Positions 36,804 to 45,647 are shown, counted from the first letter of the stretch. The stretch is 55,796 nt of DNA from Bdellovibrionales bacterium (GCA_043746635.1 JAYTQQ010000129.1:1-55796), one strand, 5' to 3'. Notes: generated by a model from the letters alone, not told the origin. Numbers and translations: made by a program.

Positions 36804-37655
36804 ATGTTGAGATTTTTATTCGCGCTCCTCCTATCAATTGTAAGCTTTCTAATTCTCGTCTCATTGGGAGCTGCTTGGATCCTCGTCACGACCCCAAGAC
36901 CGACGAATATTAAGTCTTGTTTCACAACCGAGATGTATCAAGTTCACGTTTGCCCTAAGGACGCCAGCTATACGCCTATACGTGAGATCCCGCATGGAGT
37001 GAAAATGGCCGTCGTCGTCTCTGAGGACGGTAGTTTTTACGATCATAGTGGCTTCGACTGGTTCGAACTTCGAGAAAGCTTTAAGAAAGATTTGAAGACC
37101 GGGCATTTTTCTCGCGGTGGCTCAACGATTACCCAACAGCTTGCTAAGAATCTTTATTTGAATAAAGAGAAGTCGATCTTTCGTAAAATTCGAGAAGCCA
37201 TCATCGCTTCACAAATTGAAGAGCTCCTTACCAAAGAAGAAATTCTCGAAAAATATTTCAACGTCGTTGAATTTGGGCCCAAAATTTATGGAATCAAAGC
37301 CGCCGCTCAATTCTATTTCTCTAAGAAGGTTTCTGAACTCACGGTAACCGAGGGAGCCTGGCTCGCGATGCTTCTTCCGAATCCGACTAAAAACTACCAG
37401 AGTTTTCGCAAAGGGACTTTAAGCCCTTTCGCGAGACGAGAGATCTCAAAAATTATTAATCGATTGGTTTCGTTTAAGAAAATTTCTCAGGCAAATGCCG
37501 ATGAAGCCTTGATAGAAATAGACGTTATCTTCTCGAGATCGAAGACGCCGCCACCTGAAAAAGTTCAGGCAGACAGCGATCAAGATGAGGATAACTCAGT
37601 TGGTAGTTCCGAAGAATCAAATGAAGACTCAGATGATTCTTGGTTCGGAATTTAA
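36804..37655 (+). CDS. mtgA: Monofunctional peptidoglycan transglycosylase (GT51)
   Basis: SEDGSFYDHSG, RGGSTITQQLAKN, RKIRE and KEEILEKYFN motifs; no transpeptidase domain. Confidence 0.92.
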   Translation: MLRFLFALLLSIVSFLILVSLGAAWILVTTPRPTNIKSCFTTEMYQVHVCPKDASYTPIREIPHGVKMAVVVSEDGSFYDHSGFDWFELRESFKKDLKTGHFSRGGSTITQQLAKNLYLNKEKSIFRKIREAIIASQIEELLTKEEILEKYFNVVEFGPKIYGIKAAAQFYFSKKVSELTVTEGAWLAMLLPNPTKNYQSFRKGTLSPFARREISKIINRLVSFKKISQANADEALIEIDVIFSRSKTPPPEKVQADSDQDEDNSVGSSEESNEDSDDSWFGI

Positions 37656-37658
37656 AAA

Positions 37659-38255
37659 CTATTCGTTATCTTGGGCCGCGAAAGCAACCGCAGGGGCACA
37701 GACTTTGTCATCAACGCGGTCATACTGGTTCCAGCCGACTTCGTTTGAAACCGGGATGCCGTCTTTATTTCTTTTCAAATCATTTTGAGCTTGGACCCAA
37801 GCTTTATCGGTGATTTGCAAAGTAATGTCGCGGTCAAGCGTCACGTAATCTTTGCGTTCAGAATCACGAATCGGCTTCGGTGCATTTTTCACAGAGCACT
37901 TAAATTGGTTGAACACAAATTTGCCGTCGCACTCGTAACGAGATTGACCGAATGGGCTCACCACAACTTGTTTCATGCTGCCATCGTTTTGTGCGGTCCA
38001 AGTTTCAGACCAGTGTTTTATGACGTCAGTGCCTTGTTGACCGTAATGCTGAAACAAAAATCCACTGATTGAATATTTCACGTTTACGTATTCGTAGTAT
38101 TCGCCAACGATCGTTGTGTCGTGTGCGCCATCTTCGACAAAACGGTAACTGACGTTGTAGCAACCCGCGAGATTTTTAAGAGCACCCGGTGGAGTCGGAT
38201 CTGCAAACGCGTGAGCTCCGACGAGCAAAGTAAGAACGATTAATAGATTCTTCAT
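37659..38255 (-). CDS. Secreted protein resembling a compact DUF6607 family member
   Basis: Signal peptide AFA; GCY.V...F.E, QH, IKHW...W, RYE, P.P.R...R.DY, W...QN..K and E.G.N.Y motifs, recalled from DUF6607 proteins. Confidence 0.65.
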   Translation of the reverse strand: MKNLLIVLTLLVGAHAFADPTPPGALKNLAGCYNVSYRFVEDGAHDTTIVGEYYEYVNVKYSISGFLFQHYGQQGTDVIKHWSETWTAQNDGSMKQVVVSPFGQSRYECDGKFVFNQFKCSVKNAPKPIRDSERKDYVTLDRDITLQITDKAWVQAQNDLKRNKDGIPVSNEVGWNQYDRVDDKVCAPAVAFAAQDNE

Positions 38256-38335
38256 TTAGTTTCCTTTCGAAAGATTGAACATCAGTCGAAAGAATTGCAG
38301 AGATCTTGAAAGCACGCAAGCTTCAAAACAAGATG

Positions 38336-38360
38336 AAAACGGGGCGAAATTCTCGCCCGG
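38336..38360 (-). terminator. Probable intrinsic terminator of typA
   Basis: Minus strand GGGCGA-GAATT-TCGCCC followed by CGTTTT, about 20 nt after the typA stop. Confidence 0.5.
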
Positions 38361-38379
38361 CCTTCTCTATTTATTTGGA

Positions 38380-40203
38380 CTATTCTGAAGCGCTCGAGCG
38401 TTTACGATCGTGCGGACTCAAGTTACGGCAACGAAGTCGAATGTTGAGAGGCGTCACTTCGACCATCTCATCATCCAAGATCCATTCCATCGCCTGTTCG
38501 AGAGTCATTACTTTCACTGGAGTGAGCTTAATTGCCTCATCGGTACCAGATGCTCGAACGTTCGTGAGTTTTTTCTCACGCGCAACATTCACGATCATGT
38601 CATTTTCTTTCGCATTCTCTCCGATGATCATGCCTTCATAGCACTCAGTTCCCGCCAAAATGAAAATGCGACCACGTTCTTGCAAATTCCACAGAGCGTA
38701 AGCTGTCGATTTACCTTTACGATCGGCAACCATCGCGCCGTTTTTACGATGCGTGATCTCGCCTTTGAACTCTTCGTATCCAGCAAAAATCGTATTGAGT
38801 AAGCCCGTACCGCGTGTATCGGTCATAAACTCTGAACGATAACCGATCAAACCTCGTGACGGAATATGAAATTCAAGTCGCACACGACCCGAACCTTTAT
38901 TCACCATGTTCGTCATGATTCCTTTTCGGATACCGATCTTTTCAGAAACAACGCCCGTATAATCTTCGGCAACGTCGATAACTGCGTCTTCCATTGGCTC
39001 GTGTTTTACACCGTTAATTGTGCGGTAAATAACCTGTGGCTTACCAACGGTCATTTCGAAACCTTCACGTCGCATTTGTTCGATCAAAACTGCGAGCTGT
39101 AATTCTCCGCGACCTAAAACCTTAAATGTTTCAGGCGTCGGAGTCGGTTCAAGACGAATCGAAACGTTATACAAAAGCTCGTGTTCAAGACGCTCTAAGA
39201 TTTTTCGAGAAGTAACTTGTTTACCTTCAAGGCCCGAGAACGGACCATCATTGACCGACATCATAATACCAACGGTTGGCTCTTCAACTTTTAATCGCCT
39301 TGAAGGAACCGACGCGAGCAACGACGTGATGCTGTCGCCAATCGTAATCTTGTCGACACCCGCGATGATCGCGATATCTCCGGCCGGGACTTCTTTCGCC
39401 GCAACCTGCTTCATACCTTCGTACCGAAAGAGCGCCGACATTTTAATTTTTTGAGTTTTGCCATCTTCAAAGCAGACGAGAGCTTCTTCACCGACGCGAA
39501 GAGTGCCGTTGAGGACTCGGCCGATCGCGAGACGACCGACGTAATCGTTGTAATCGATATTCGCAACCATGAGCTGTAAAGGAGCTTTCGGATCACCAGA
39601 TGGAGAAGGATATTTTTCGATAATCCACTCAAACATGATCGCCATGTTATCGGTACGAACTTTCGGATCAAGAGTTACGTAACCTTCACGGGCAACTGCA
39701 TACATCGGAACGAAATCAGTTTGCTCTTCGCTCGCATCGAGATCGATGAACAAATCAAAAACTTCGTTTAAGACTTCATCGATACGGGCATCGGCGCGAT
39801 CGATCTTATTGATACACACGAGAACTTTAATCCCGAGTTCGAGAGCTTTTTTCAAAACGAAGCGCGTCTGAGGAAGTGGTCCTTCAGAGGCATCGACGAG
39901 CAAGATGGCTCCATCAACCATCGTGAGTGCGCGCTCAACTTCTCCGCCGAAGTCGCTGTGGCCCGGAGTATCGACGATGTTAATACGGTATCCATTGTGA
40001 ATAAAAGATGCGTTTTTCGCAGCGATCGTAATTCCGCGCTCTTTCTCAAGATCCATCGAGTCCATCAAACGTTCTTCAACGTGTTCATTCGTACGAAACA
40101 AACCACTTTGTTTTAAAAGCTGATCCACCAAAGTTGTTTTACCGTGATCGACGTGGGCAATGATGGCGATATTACGAATTTTATTTTCTACTACAGTTTC
40201 CAT
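38380..40203 (-). CDS. typA: Translational GTPase TypA/BipA
   Basis: [25 protein letters not shown] and GRGELQL motifs; C-terminal EVTP.NIRLR. Confidence 0.98.
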   Translation of the reverse strand: METVVENKIRNIAIIAHVDHGKTTLVDQLLKQSGLFRTNEHVEERLMDSMDLEKERGITIAAKNASFIHNGYRINIVDTPGHSDFGGEVERALTMVDGAILLVDASEGPLPQTRFVLKKALELGIKVLVCINKIDRADARIDEVLNEVFDLFIDLDASEEQTDFVPMYAVAREGYVTLDPKVRTDNMAIMFEWIIEKYPSPSGDPKAPLQLMVANIDYNDYVGRLAIGRVLNGTLRVGEEALVCFEDGKTQKIKMSALFRYEGMKQVAAKEVPAGDIAIIAGVDKITIGDSITSLLASVPSRRLKVEEPTVGIMMSVNDGPFSGLEGKQVTSRKILERLEHELLYNVSIRLEPTPTPETFKVLGRGELQLAVLIEQMRREGFEMTVGKPQVIYRTINGVKHEPMEDAVIDVAEDYTGVVSEKIGIRKGIMTNMVNKGSGRVRLEFHIPSRGLIGYRSEFMTDTRGTGLLNTIFAGYEEFKGEITHRKNGAMVADRKGKSTAYALWNLQERGRIFILAGTECYEGMIIGENAKENDMIVNVAREKKLTNVRASGTDEAIKLTPVKVMTLEQAMEWILDDEMVEVTPLNIRLRCRNLSPHDRKRSSASE

Positions 40204-40262
40204 TTTGACGAATCCCTTTTCAAATACCTGTTAATAATTTTCAAATTAAAAAATTTTTTAAG

Positions 40263-41255
40263 CTAACCGTGTCCACCCATTAAAAAAGCTTCTGAACTGG
40301 TGTCGGCCTGGCTATTCTGGCTGAGCCCGCTAAAAAACTCATGTATCAATTCCATTACTCCGGCCATGGAGTCGGCCTGAAAAATGGTTTTCCTAAAATT
40401 GGATGCTCCAGCATATCCTGAAGAGAACCACGAGGCAAACTTTCTGAGCTGCAGAATCATTATCTTTTCGTCAGCGTTTCTCTCGAGTGCAAGTTTAAGG
40501 CGCAAAAAAATCTGAACAAAGTCATTTTCGTCTGGAGCACTCGACTCCCCAGCTAAGTTTTGAGCCTGCCAGATGCGTTGCGACTGTAAAAAGATCCAAG
40601 GATTTTTGAGGCAACCTCGACCAATCATCACTCCGTCGCATCCGCTTTGCTGAAGGCGTGAGTTCGCCTGCTCGGCACCCATGATGTCGCCGTTACCAAT
40701 GATTGGAAGCTTCGCATTCGCTTTCACGTGTGAAATATAATCCCAATCAGCTAAGCCCGAGTACCCAGCCGCGCGGGTGCGGCCGTGAATCGCAACCCAA
40801 GTGAGTCCTTCGTTGTAGGCGATCTTACAAACTTCGTCGGCATTTTTGAGGGAGTCATCCCACCCCGTTCTAATTTTAACAGTGACGGGTAATTTTGTAG
40901 CCGCCTTCACTTGCTTAAAAGTTTCGGCAACGCGTGTGAGATCTTTCAGAACGGCGGATCCTCCACCTTTTTTCACGACCTTCGGAACCGGGCAACCAAA
41001 ATTGAGATCCACGAAGTCAGCGCCGAACTCTTCGACCGATTGGGCACCTTTTGCGAGAACTTCGGGGGAGTCGCCAAAAAGCTGCACGCCGTAAGGGCTC
41101 GCGTTTTTTTCAAACGACATAATACGAATGGTATTTTTACTTTTAAACTCTAAGCCGTGAGCCGAAACGAGTTCGCTAATGAGAATTCCGCATCCCATAT
41201 CGTGCATGAAAGTGCGAAATGCACAGTCGGTAATCCCGGCCATAGGTGCGAGCAA
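40263..41255 (-). CDS. dusB: tRNA-dihydrouridine synthase (DusB-like)
   Basis: LAPMAG, DLNFGCP, TVKIRTGW, HGRT, GNGDI and MIGRG motifs. True start unclear. Confidence 0.92.
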   Translation of the reverse strand: MLAPMAGITDCAFRTFMHDMGCGILISELVSAHGLEFKSKNTIRIMSFEKNASPYGVQLFGDSPEVLAKGAQSVEEFGADFVDLNFGCPVPKVVKKGGGSAVLKDLTRVAETFKQVKAATKLPVTVKIRTGWDDSLKNADEVCKIAYNEGLTWVAIHGRTRAAGYSGLADWDYISHVKANAKLPIIGNGDIMGAEQANSRLQQSGCDGVMIGRGCLKNPWIFLQSQRIWQAQNLAGESSAPDENDFVQIFLRLKLALERNADEKIMILQLRKFASWFSSGYAGASNFRKTIFQADSMAGVMELIHEFFSGLSQNSQADTSSEAFLMGGHG

Positions 41256-41457
41256 GAACGGATTTTTTTTCAGTTCGACACATAGTTTTTCGGTAGGAGT
41301 AAGAGATGCGTTTTCGATGAAGGATTTTTAGCGATATGAGAGTGAGTTTGCAAGGAGAAAGGGAGCTCATGAAAAAAGGAGAGGGCAACGGGGTCGAAGC
41401 AGGCAGCCGCAGCCGATTGAGGTCTGCAGTTTCGGTTTTTTAAAAGATCTCCAGATC

Positions 41458-41571
41458 CTAATGGAGCAGATTCGCTATTTCAACAAACATGCAAAATCCC
41501 ACAAAACCGAAAACAAAAGTGAGACCAATTTTTCTGGCGACATACGGGCGCGTGCTTGCTTGTGCTTTCAT
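41458..41571 (-). CDS. Unannotated 37-aa single-pass membrane peptide (MKAQASTRPYVARKIGLTFVFGFVGFCMFVEIANLLH)
   Basis: GGAGG SD 4 nt before the ATG; basic N-terminus plus hydrophobic stretch; upstream sigma28-like promoter. Below the ORF-track size cutoff. Confidence 0.65.
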   Translation of the reverse strand: MKAQASTRPYVARKIGLTFVFGFVGFCMFVEIANLLH

Positions 41572-41608
41572 GATTCCTCCAAAAACGTACAGCTGGCTTA
41601 CCTCTTAC

Positions 41609-41635
41609 CTATCGGCCTCCTAAGCGAAGGCTTAA
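41609..41635 (-). promoter_or_regulatory. Sigma28 (FliA)-like promoter for the 37-aa ORF
   Basis: Minus strand TTAA-N15-GCCGATAG, a near-consensus match. Confidence 0.6.
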
Positions 41636-41687
41636 GCTAAAAGCGCCATGTGGCTCAATTACGTACACGCGTTTGAAAAATCTCGTA

Positions 41688-41716
41688 TTGCGAAAAATCA
41701 AAGTACCTGTTAGTTT
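41688..41716 (+). promoter_or_regulatory. Sigma70 promoter of rnpB
   Basis: TTGCGA-N17-TAGTTT, 7 nt before the P1 helix start. Confidence 0.6.
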
Positions 41717-41723
41717 GCACTCC

Positions 41724-42139
41724 GAGCTTGAACAGACGATTGCTTTCAATTTGAGACAGTCCTTAAAAAATAGTCTCATTTCGAGAGAGGAAAGTCCGGA
41801 CTCCATAGGGCAGCTAAGGGCTTAACGAGCCTCCACCGTAAGGTGCGGAACAGTGGAACAGAGAGAATGTCCAGAGCGATGATCCTTCTTTCGGGAACGG
41901 GAGATTGAAGAGGAGCTGCTGGAGTGAAAACAGCCAAACTCTTAGTGGAGCAAGATCAAATAGGAAAGCCGTTCGAAGCTTCTCCAATTTTTTGGAGAAG
42001 CCTTGAACAGGTGCCGCCTGCACTGACTTTCGGGTAAGATCGCTTCAGCCAACAAGTAATTGTTGGCGCAGACGAATAATCGTCTCCGGTAGGATTGTCG
42101 ATCCTGCCTCAGACAGAATCCGGCTTATCGTTTAAACTC
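41724..42139 (+). ncRNA. rnpB: RNase P RNA (type A-like, lacking P13/P14)
   Basis: Universal GAGGAAAGTCC and ACAGAATCCGGCTTA (P4); P1 GAGCTTGAAC/GTTTAAACTC; GGAGCAAG, CGGGTA and the P18 GTAA tetraloop. Confidence 0.97.
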
Positions 42140-42170
42140 AGTGGGTTCGAAAGAACTCTCACGACATTTT

Positions 42171-42207
42171 GGGCGCTTCAACGAAAGTTGCGGCGCCCTT
42201 CTTTTTT
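42171..42207 (+). terminator. Intrinsic terminator of rnpB
   Basis: GGGCGC-TT-CAAC-GAAA-GTTG-CG-GCGCCC followed by TTCTTTTTT. Confidence 0.85.
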
Positions 42208-42219
42208 CTAAATAGATTA

Positions 42220-43092
42220 TTATTGCTCGAGGCTAGAAATAAATCGTGGCATCATTGAACTCTGTACCATTTTAGCTTGGGCTTCGAGTTCTTGAACCGC
42301 CGTCGGGATCCATTTTACGTAAGCCAAAATATTCGTGTAAACAACACCTTTAGAACAAGCTACGTCGGTTCCGCGAGAGGTGACTCCAAATAAGAACATG
42401 TTTCCTTTGGCGTCTTTCACGTAAGCGGGGCCGCCCGAATCTCCGTGGCAAGCACCTTTGCCTTGAGAGTCATCGATCATGACTTCTGAAGCGCTAAAAG
42501 CCGCATTTGAAATCGTCGTGACGACGTCACGTAAAACGCCTGCACCATTATCATTTTGGCTTTTTGGATCTGGATGACCAACCGTGATCCCGTATCCTTC
42601 AAGCAAAACGGGAACTCCGGTTTGAATGAGCGCGGCGGCGGTTAAGATCGTCGCAGGCATAAATCCTTGCGGAATAGGCGTGGCAAGTTTCACGATCGCA
42701 ATATCACCCGTGTCGGTATTTTTGTTCTGATTGGTTTTCCAGAGAGGAGATTGAACTGCTCCGAGAACCGCTGCCACGGCAACGATCGTTGATTTCTGAG
42801 TGAGATCCGTACCGAAAATCACGCGAAGATTGCTGGTTTTACCCGGAGTCACGCAGTGTGAAGCCGTAATCAAATAAGTTGGACTAACGATTGAAGCGGT
42901 ACAGAGTGCTTTTGCCTGAACATCGTAAAGTGCCACTACTCGATGAGCCATGTCGTCTGATGGACTTACAACTTGTCCACCAATGATACCGTCAAGCATG
43001 CCGCTTGAGTTGCCGGTTTCTGAATTCTGAATTCCACATGCTGATAAAGAAAGTGCCGCCGTAGCGATAAGAACAAAAATCTTTAAACTCAC
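42220..43092 (-). CDS. Trypsin-like (S1) serine protease, lipoprotein
   Basis: Lipobox LSAC; IIGG mature start; catalytic triad TASHC, DIAIV and CHGDSGGP. Confidence 0.94.
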   Translation of the reverse strand: MSLKIFVLIATAALSLSACGIQNSETGNSSGMLDGIIGGQVVSPSDDMAHRVVALYDVQAKALCTASIVSPTYLITASHCVTPGKTSNLRVIFGTDLTQKSTIVAVAAVLGAVQSPLWKTNQNKNTDTGDIAIVKLATPIPQGFMPATILTAAALIQTGVPVLLEGYGITVGHPDPKSQNDNGAGVLRDVVTTISNAAFSASEVMIDDSQGKGACHGDSGGPAYVKDAKGNMFLFGVTSRGTDVACSKGVVYTNILAYVKWIPTAVQELEAQAKMVQSSMMPRFISSLEQ

Positions 43093-43106
43093 TTAAATAC
43101 CCCCCT

Positions 43107-43184
43107 AAAAAAGTTATTCCCCAATAACTCGAGTTCACCCATGAACCCGATGAAAGTTTTTCATCTGAAACTGAATTTAATTCA
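43107..43184 (-). promoter_or_regulatory. Array of abutting hairpins in the protease leader, the last followed by T6
   Basis: Inverted repeats at 43172-43184, 43149-43165, 43131-43148 and 43112-43129, then TTTTTT and the SD AGGGGGG. Confidence 0.5.
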
Positions 43185-43384
43185 AATCGATAATTTCTTA
43201 TGGAGGAATAAGACAAACTAATGAGGTGACAGAAGATTTAAGATACGTGCTCAGCACGACTATGAAATGTCCTGAAAGCCGCTCTAGAAGCGAATTTCAG
43301 TAGGCACGGACTGTCCCCATTAAACGAAAAAGTCCCCACTCTTTCGTTCGTATATGAGACACAGACCCGAAGATTTTCGGTGAA

Positions 43385-44452
43385 TTAATTTTTGCTCGAT
43401 TTTTGAGCAAACACAACAAGCTCTTGGCCTTCACGTGAGTAATTGGTCTCTCTCCATCTGGTCCAATAAAGGAGACGAAAATACTTATCGAGACGTTTTT
43501 TGAGTTCCCATTCGCTTCCCCCAAACGGAGGTCCCTGGCGTTTATCGATCGTGTAAAACACGCCGAGCATGTGGCCTTGTGGAGTCAAAAGACGGTTCCA
43601 AATTTTAACGAGCTGCGAACGCTTCGTCGGATCTACGGCGCTGTAGCAGGTATGTTCAAACACGAGATCAAAACTGTTGTCGAGACTTGCCGGCAAATGA
43701 AAGAGATCGCATTCGACGAATTTCAATCTTTCGAGTTGAGAAAATTTCACGCGTGCACGGTTGATCGCCTCTCCGCTAAAATCAATCGCGGTGACGAAGT
43801 GACCCAGGCTTGCAAGGTAAGCAGCATCTTCACAAGTTCCAGCGCCGAGAACGGCGATGCGCTGAGAAGAAAGTTTCAGTTGAGGCATGATTGATTTCAA
43901 TGCCTGCGCCGGAGCACCCATGTCCCATTGTGGCTTTTCTTCTTTGTAAATTTTTGTCCAGTAATCAGGGCTCTGAATATTTTGATTGAGCTGATACAAA
44001 GGAGCAATGTTGTAAGTTTTGCCTTTGATCGTGATCGAATCATCATCGTAATTGTCGGCACGATTGAAGAGTTCAGCTTGCGCCGCTCTCGAAAAAACAA
44101 AAGGAACTTTCGCTTCGGTACGACCGTGAAAGCGATCCCATTCGTCAGAGCAAAGCGTATCAAATTTAAATTCAGCGGTGAGGCCGTAAACCAGAGTGAG
44201 CTTGCCTTTGGTGGCATCGGTCACTTCAACGTTTTGGACAACGAGCGGCTCATCAAAATATTCGGCTAAGTATTCTTCGCCGGCAGCCTTCGTAAAAGCG
44301 CGACCTTCTTTGTCGATGGTCATACCTTTGATAATTTCTTTTCCGAAGTTTTCGTCGGCGACTTTCACGCCACCCATTGCTGGATATCCCTGATCATCAA
44401 TAGTCAAAAATTTAAGAGATTCTGCGTCTGAATTTTTTATGACTTCATTCAT
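43385..44452 (-). CDS. Class I SAM-dependent methyltransferase (thiopurine S-methyltransferase-like) with N-terminal extension
   Basis: W...Y....PQWD.G, VLGAG, AIDFS, FEHTCYSAV and GPPFG motifs; about 150-aa extra N-terminal domain. Confidence 0.88.
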   Translation of the reverse strand: MNEVIKNSDAESLKFLTIDDQGYPAMGGVKVADENFGKEIIKGMTIDKEGRAFTKAAGEEYLAEYFDEPLVVQNVEVTDATKGKLTLVYGLTAEFKFDTLCSDEWDRFHGRTEAKVPFVFSRAAQAELFNRADNYDDDSITIKGKTYNIAPLYQLNQNIQSPDYWTKIYKEEKPQWDMGAPAQALKSIMPQLKLSSQRIAVLGAGTCEDAAYLASLGHFVTAIDFSGEAINRARVKFSQLERLKFVECDLFHLPASLDNSFDLVFEHTCYSAVDPTKRSQLVKIWNRLLTPQGHMLGVFYTIDKRQGPPFGGSEWELKKRLDKYFRLLYWTRWRETNYSREGQELVVFAQKSSKN

Positions 44453-44916
44453 TTCGTTTTTTCTTCTTTTTCTAAAATAGGAGTTATGGTGGTCTGCGTA
44501 GGCTCTTCGTCAGTATCTTGACCGCGAATAATCTTCGTACCATTTTTAAAATTAATTTCGTCTGAAACCGAATCAGGAATTTGAACGAGCCACGATTCAC
44601 CGTTGTCTTGCGATTTCAGCTGAGCCACACCCGAAATCGTTTGGGTTGAAACGTCGCCGTTCACGGTTGGCTCTTCAATTTCGTATTTAAAGTGAGCGCG
44701 CATCGATTTATTCTCTTCAAGAACTTCAGTGTAAAGCTGTAAGAAATGCACATCGGTTACGTTCGGGCGCTTCGCTTTGATGGTATCAACGATCATCTTT
44801 GCAAAATTGGTTTCGGCGCGCGCGTTGTCCTCGACGTTATAGTTCGACTCTGCATTTGCGATGTACCAGGTACTCGACATCAGAACGAGAAAAAGGAGCG
44901 TCCATACGTATTTCAT
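44449..44916 (-). CDS. Membrane-anchored/secreted hypothetical protein
   Basis: GAGGA SD; N-terminal hydrophobic helix; ATGA overlap with the methyltransferase. Confidence 0.75.
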   Translation of the reverse strand: MKYVWTLLFLVLMSSTWYIANAESNYNVEDNARAETNFAKMIVDTIKAKRPNVTDVHFLQLYTEVLEENKSMRAHFKYEIEEPTVNGDVSTQTISGVAQLKSQDNGESWLVQIPDSVSDEINFKNGTKIIRGQDTDEEPTQTTITPILEKEEKTK

Positions 44917-45032
44917 TTATTCCTCATTATGGCCCTTATGCATTAGCCACAAATAATTTGAACAATCTCTGTATATTAAATACTCTAGGCGGGATTCGGC
45001 AAATCATTTATTTGAGAAAGTCCTGTGAAACG

Positions 45033-45647
45033 ATGAAATCATTTTTAAAAAAATATTCTTTTCCGGTGGGATTTGCGATTTGGGAGATGATTCCTCCTGA
45101 GGCGAAGAGAAATATCCTCAGTTCGTTGTTGAATCCGCGTGCACTTTCTTCCTATATCGACCGCTTGCCGGCTTCTTTAAAAAATCGTTTCTTGGATCTT
45201 GCGTCATTAATCAATGACCCGTTTGTGGCCACCATGGGGCTCAAAGTTTTGTCCTGGGAGGACCTTAAAGTCGAAATTCACCTTCCCGACAGCTTTCAAA
45301 ACCGGGATGCATCCCAAAAACTCCATATCGGAGCGATTAGTACCCTTGCCGAACTCACTTCTAGACTCTTTTGGGAACGTCACCTTGATCCAAAACTAGC
45401 GACAATGCAATCGGTTTCGGTTCACGTCGAGATTCTCAATAAAGAATATGGTTCTCTACGTTCTCTTTTGACCTGCACTCTACCCGACATTGAAGAAAAA
45501 CTTTTTGAATTACGCTCAAAAAGAACACTTTCTTGTGAAAGTGACGTTCAAATCTTCGACGACCAAAAGTTAGTAGCCACGGCAACCCTCGGCTGGATTT
45601 TAAAACAAAAAACGACACTCTCTGCCGGTTCCAAAAAAGAGAAATAA
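45033..45647 (+). CDS. Hot-dog fold PaaI/DUF4442-like thioesterase family protein
   Basis: [10 protein letters not shown]...NR....[11 protein letters not shown] motif. Start moved to ATG 45033 to avoid overlap with the divergent gene. Confidence 0.72.
   Translation: MKSFLKKYSFPVGFAIWEMIPPEAKRNILSSLLNPRALSSYIDRLPASLKNRFLDLASLINDPFVATMGLKVLSWEDLKVEIHLPDSFQNRDASQKLHIGAISTLAELTSRLFWERHLDPKLATMQSVSVHVEILNKEYGSLRSLLTCTLPDIEEKLFELRSKRTLSCESDVQIFDDQKLVATATLGWILKQKTTLSAGSKKEK

Noticed and set aside
41814-42023. 69-aa minus-strand ORF (also 41609-41806)
   Set aside because: Overlaps rnpB and its promoter; the RNA gene explains the sequence.
42141-42162. GGTTCGAA resembling a tRNA T-loop
   Set aside because: A simple GAAA-tetraloop hairpin in the rnpB 3' trailer; no cloverleaf.
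43112-43165. Hairpin array as a mini-CRISPR
   Set aside because: The units are not direct repeats, there are no spacers, and no cas genes are present.
44799-45032. N-terminal extension of the hot-dog ORF
   Set aside because: Overlaps the divergent gene and AT-rich intergenic DNA; ATG 45033 is more plausible.
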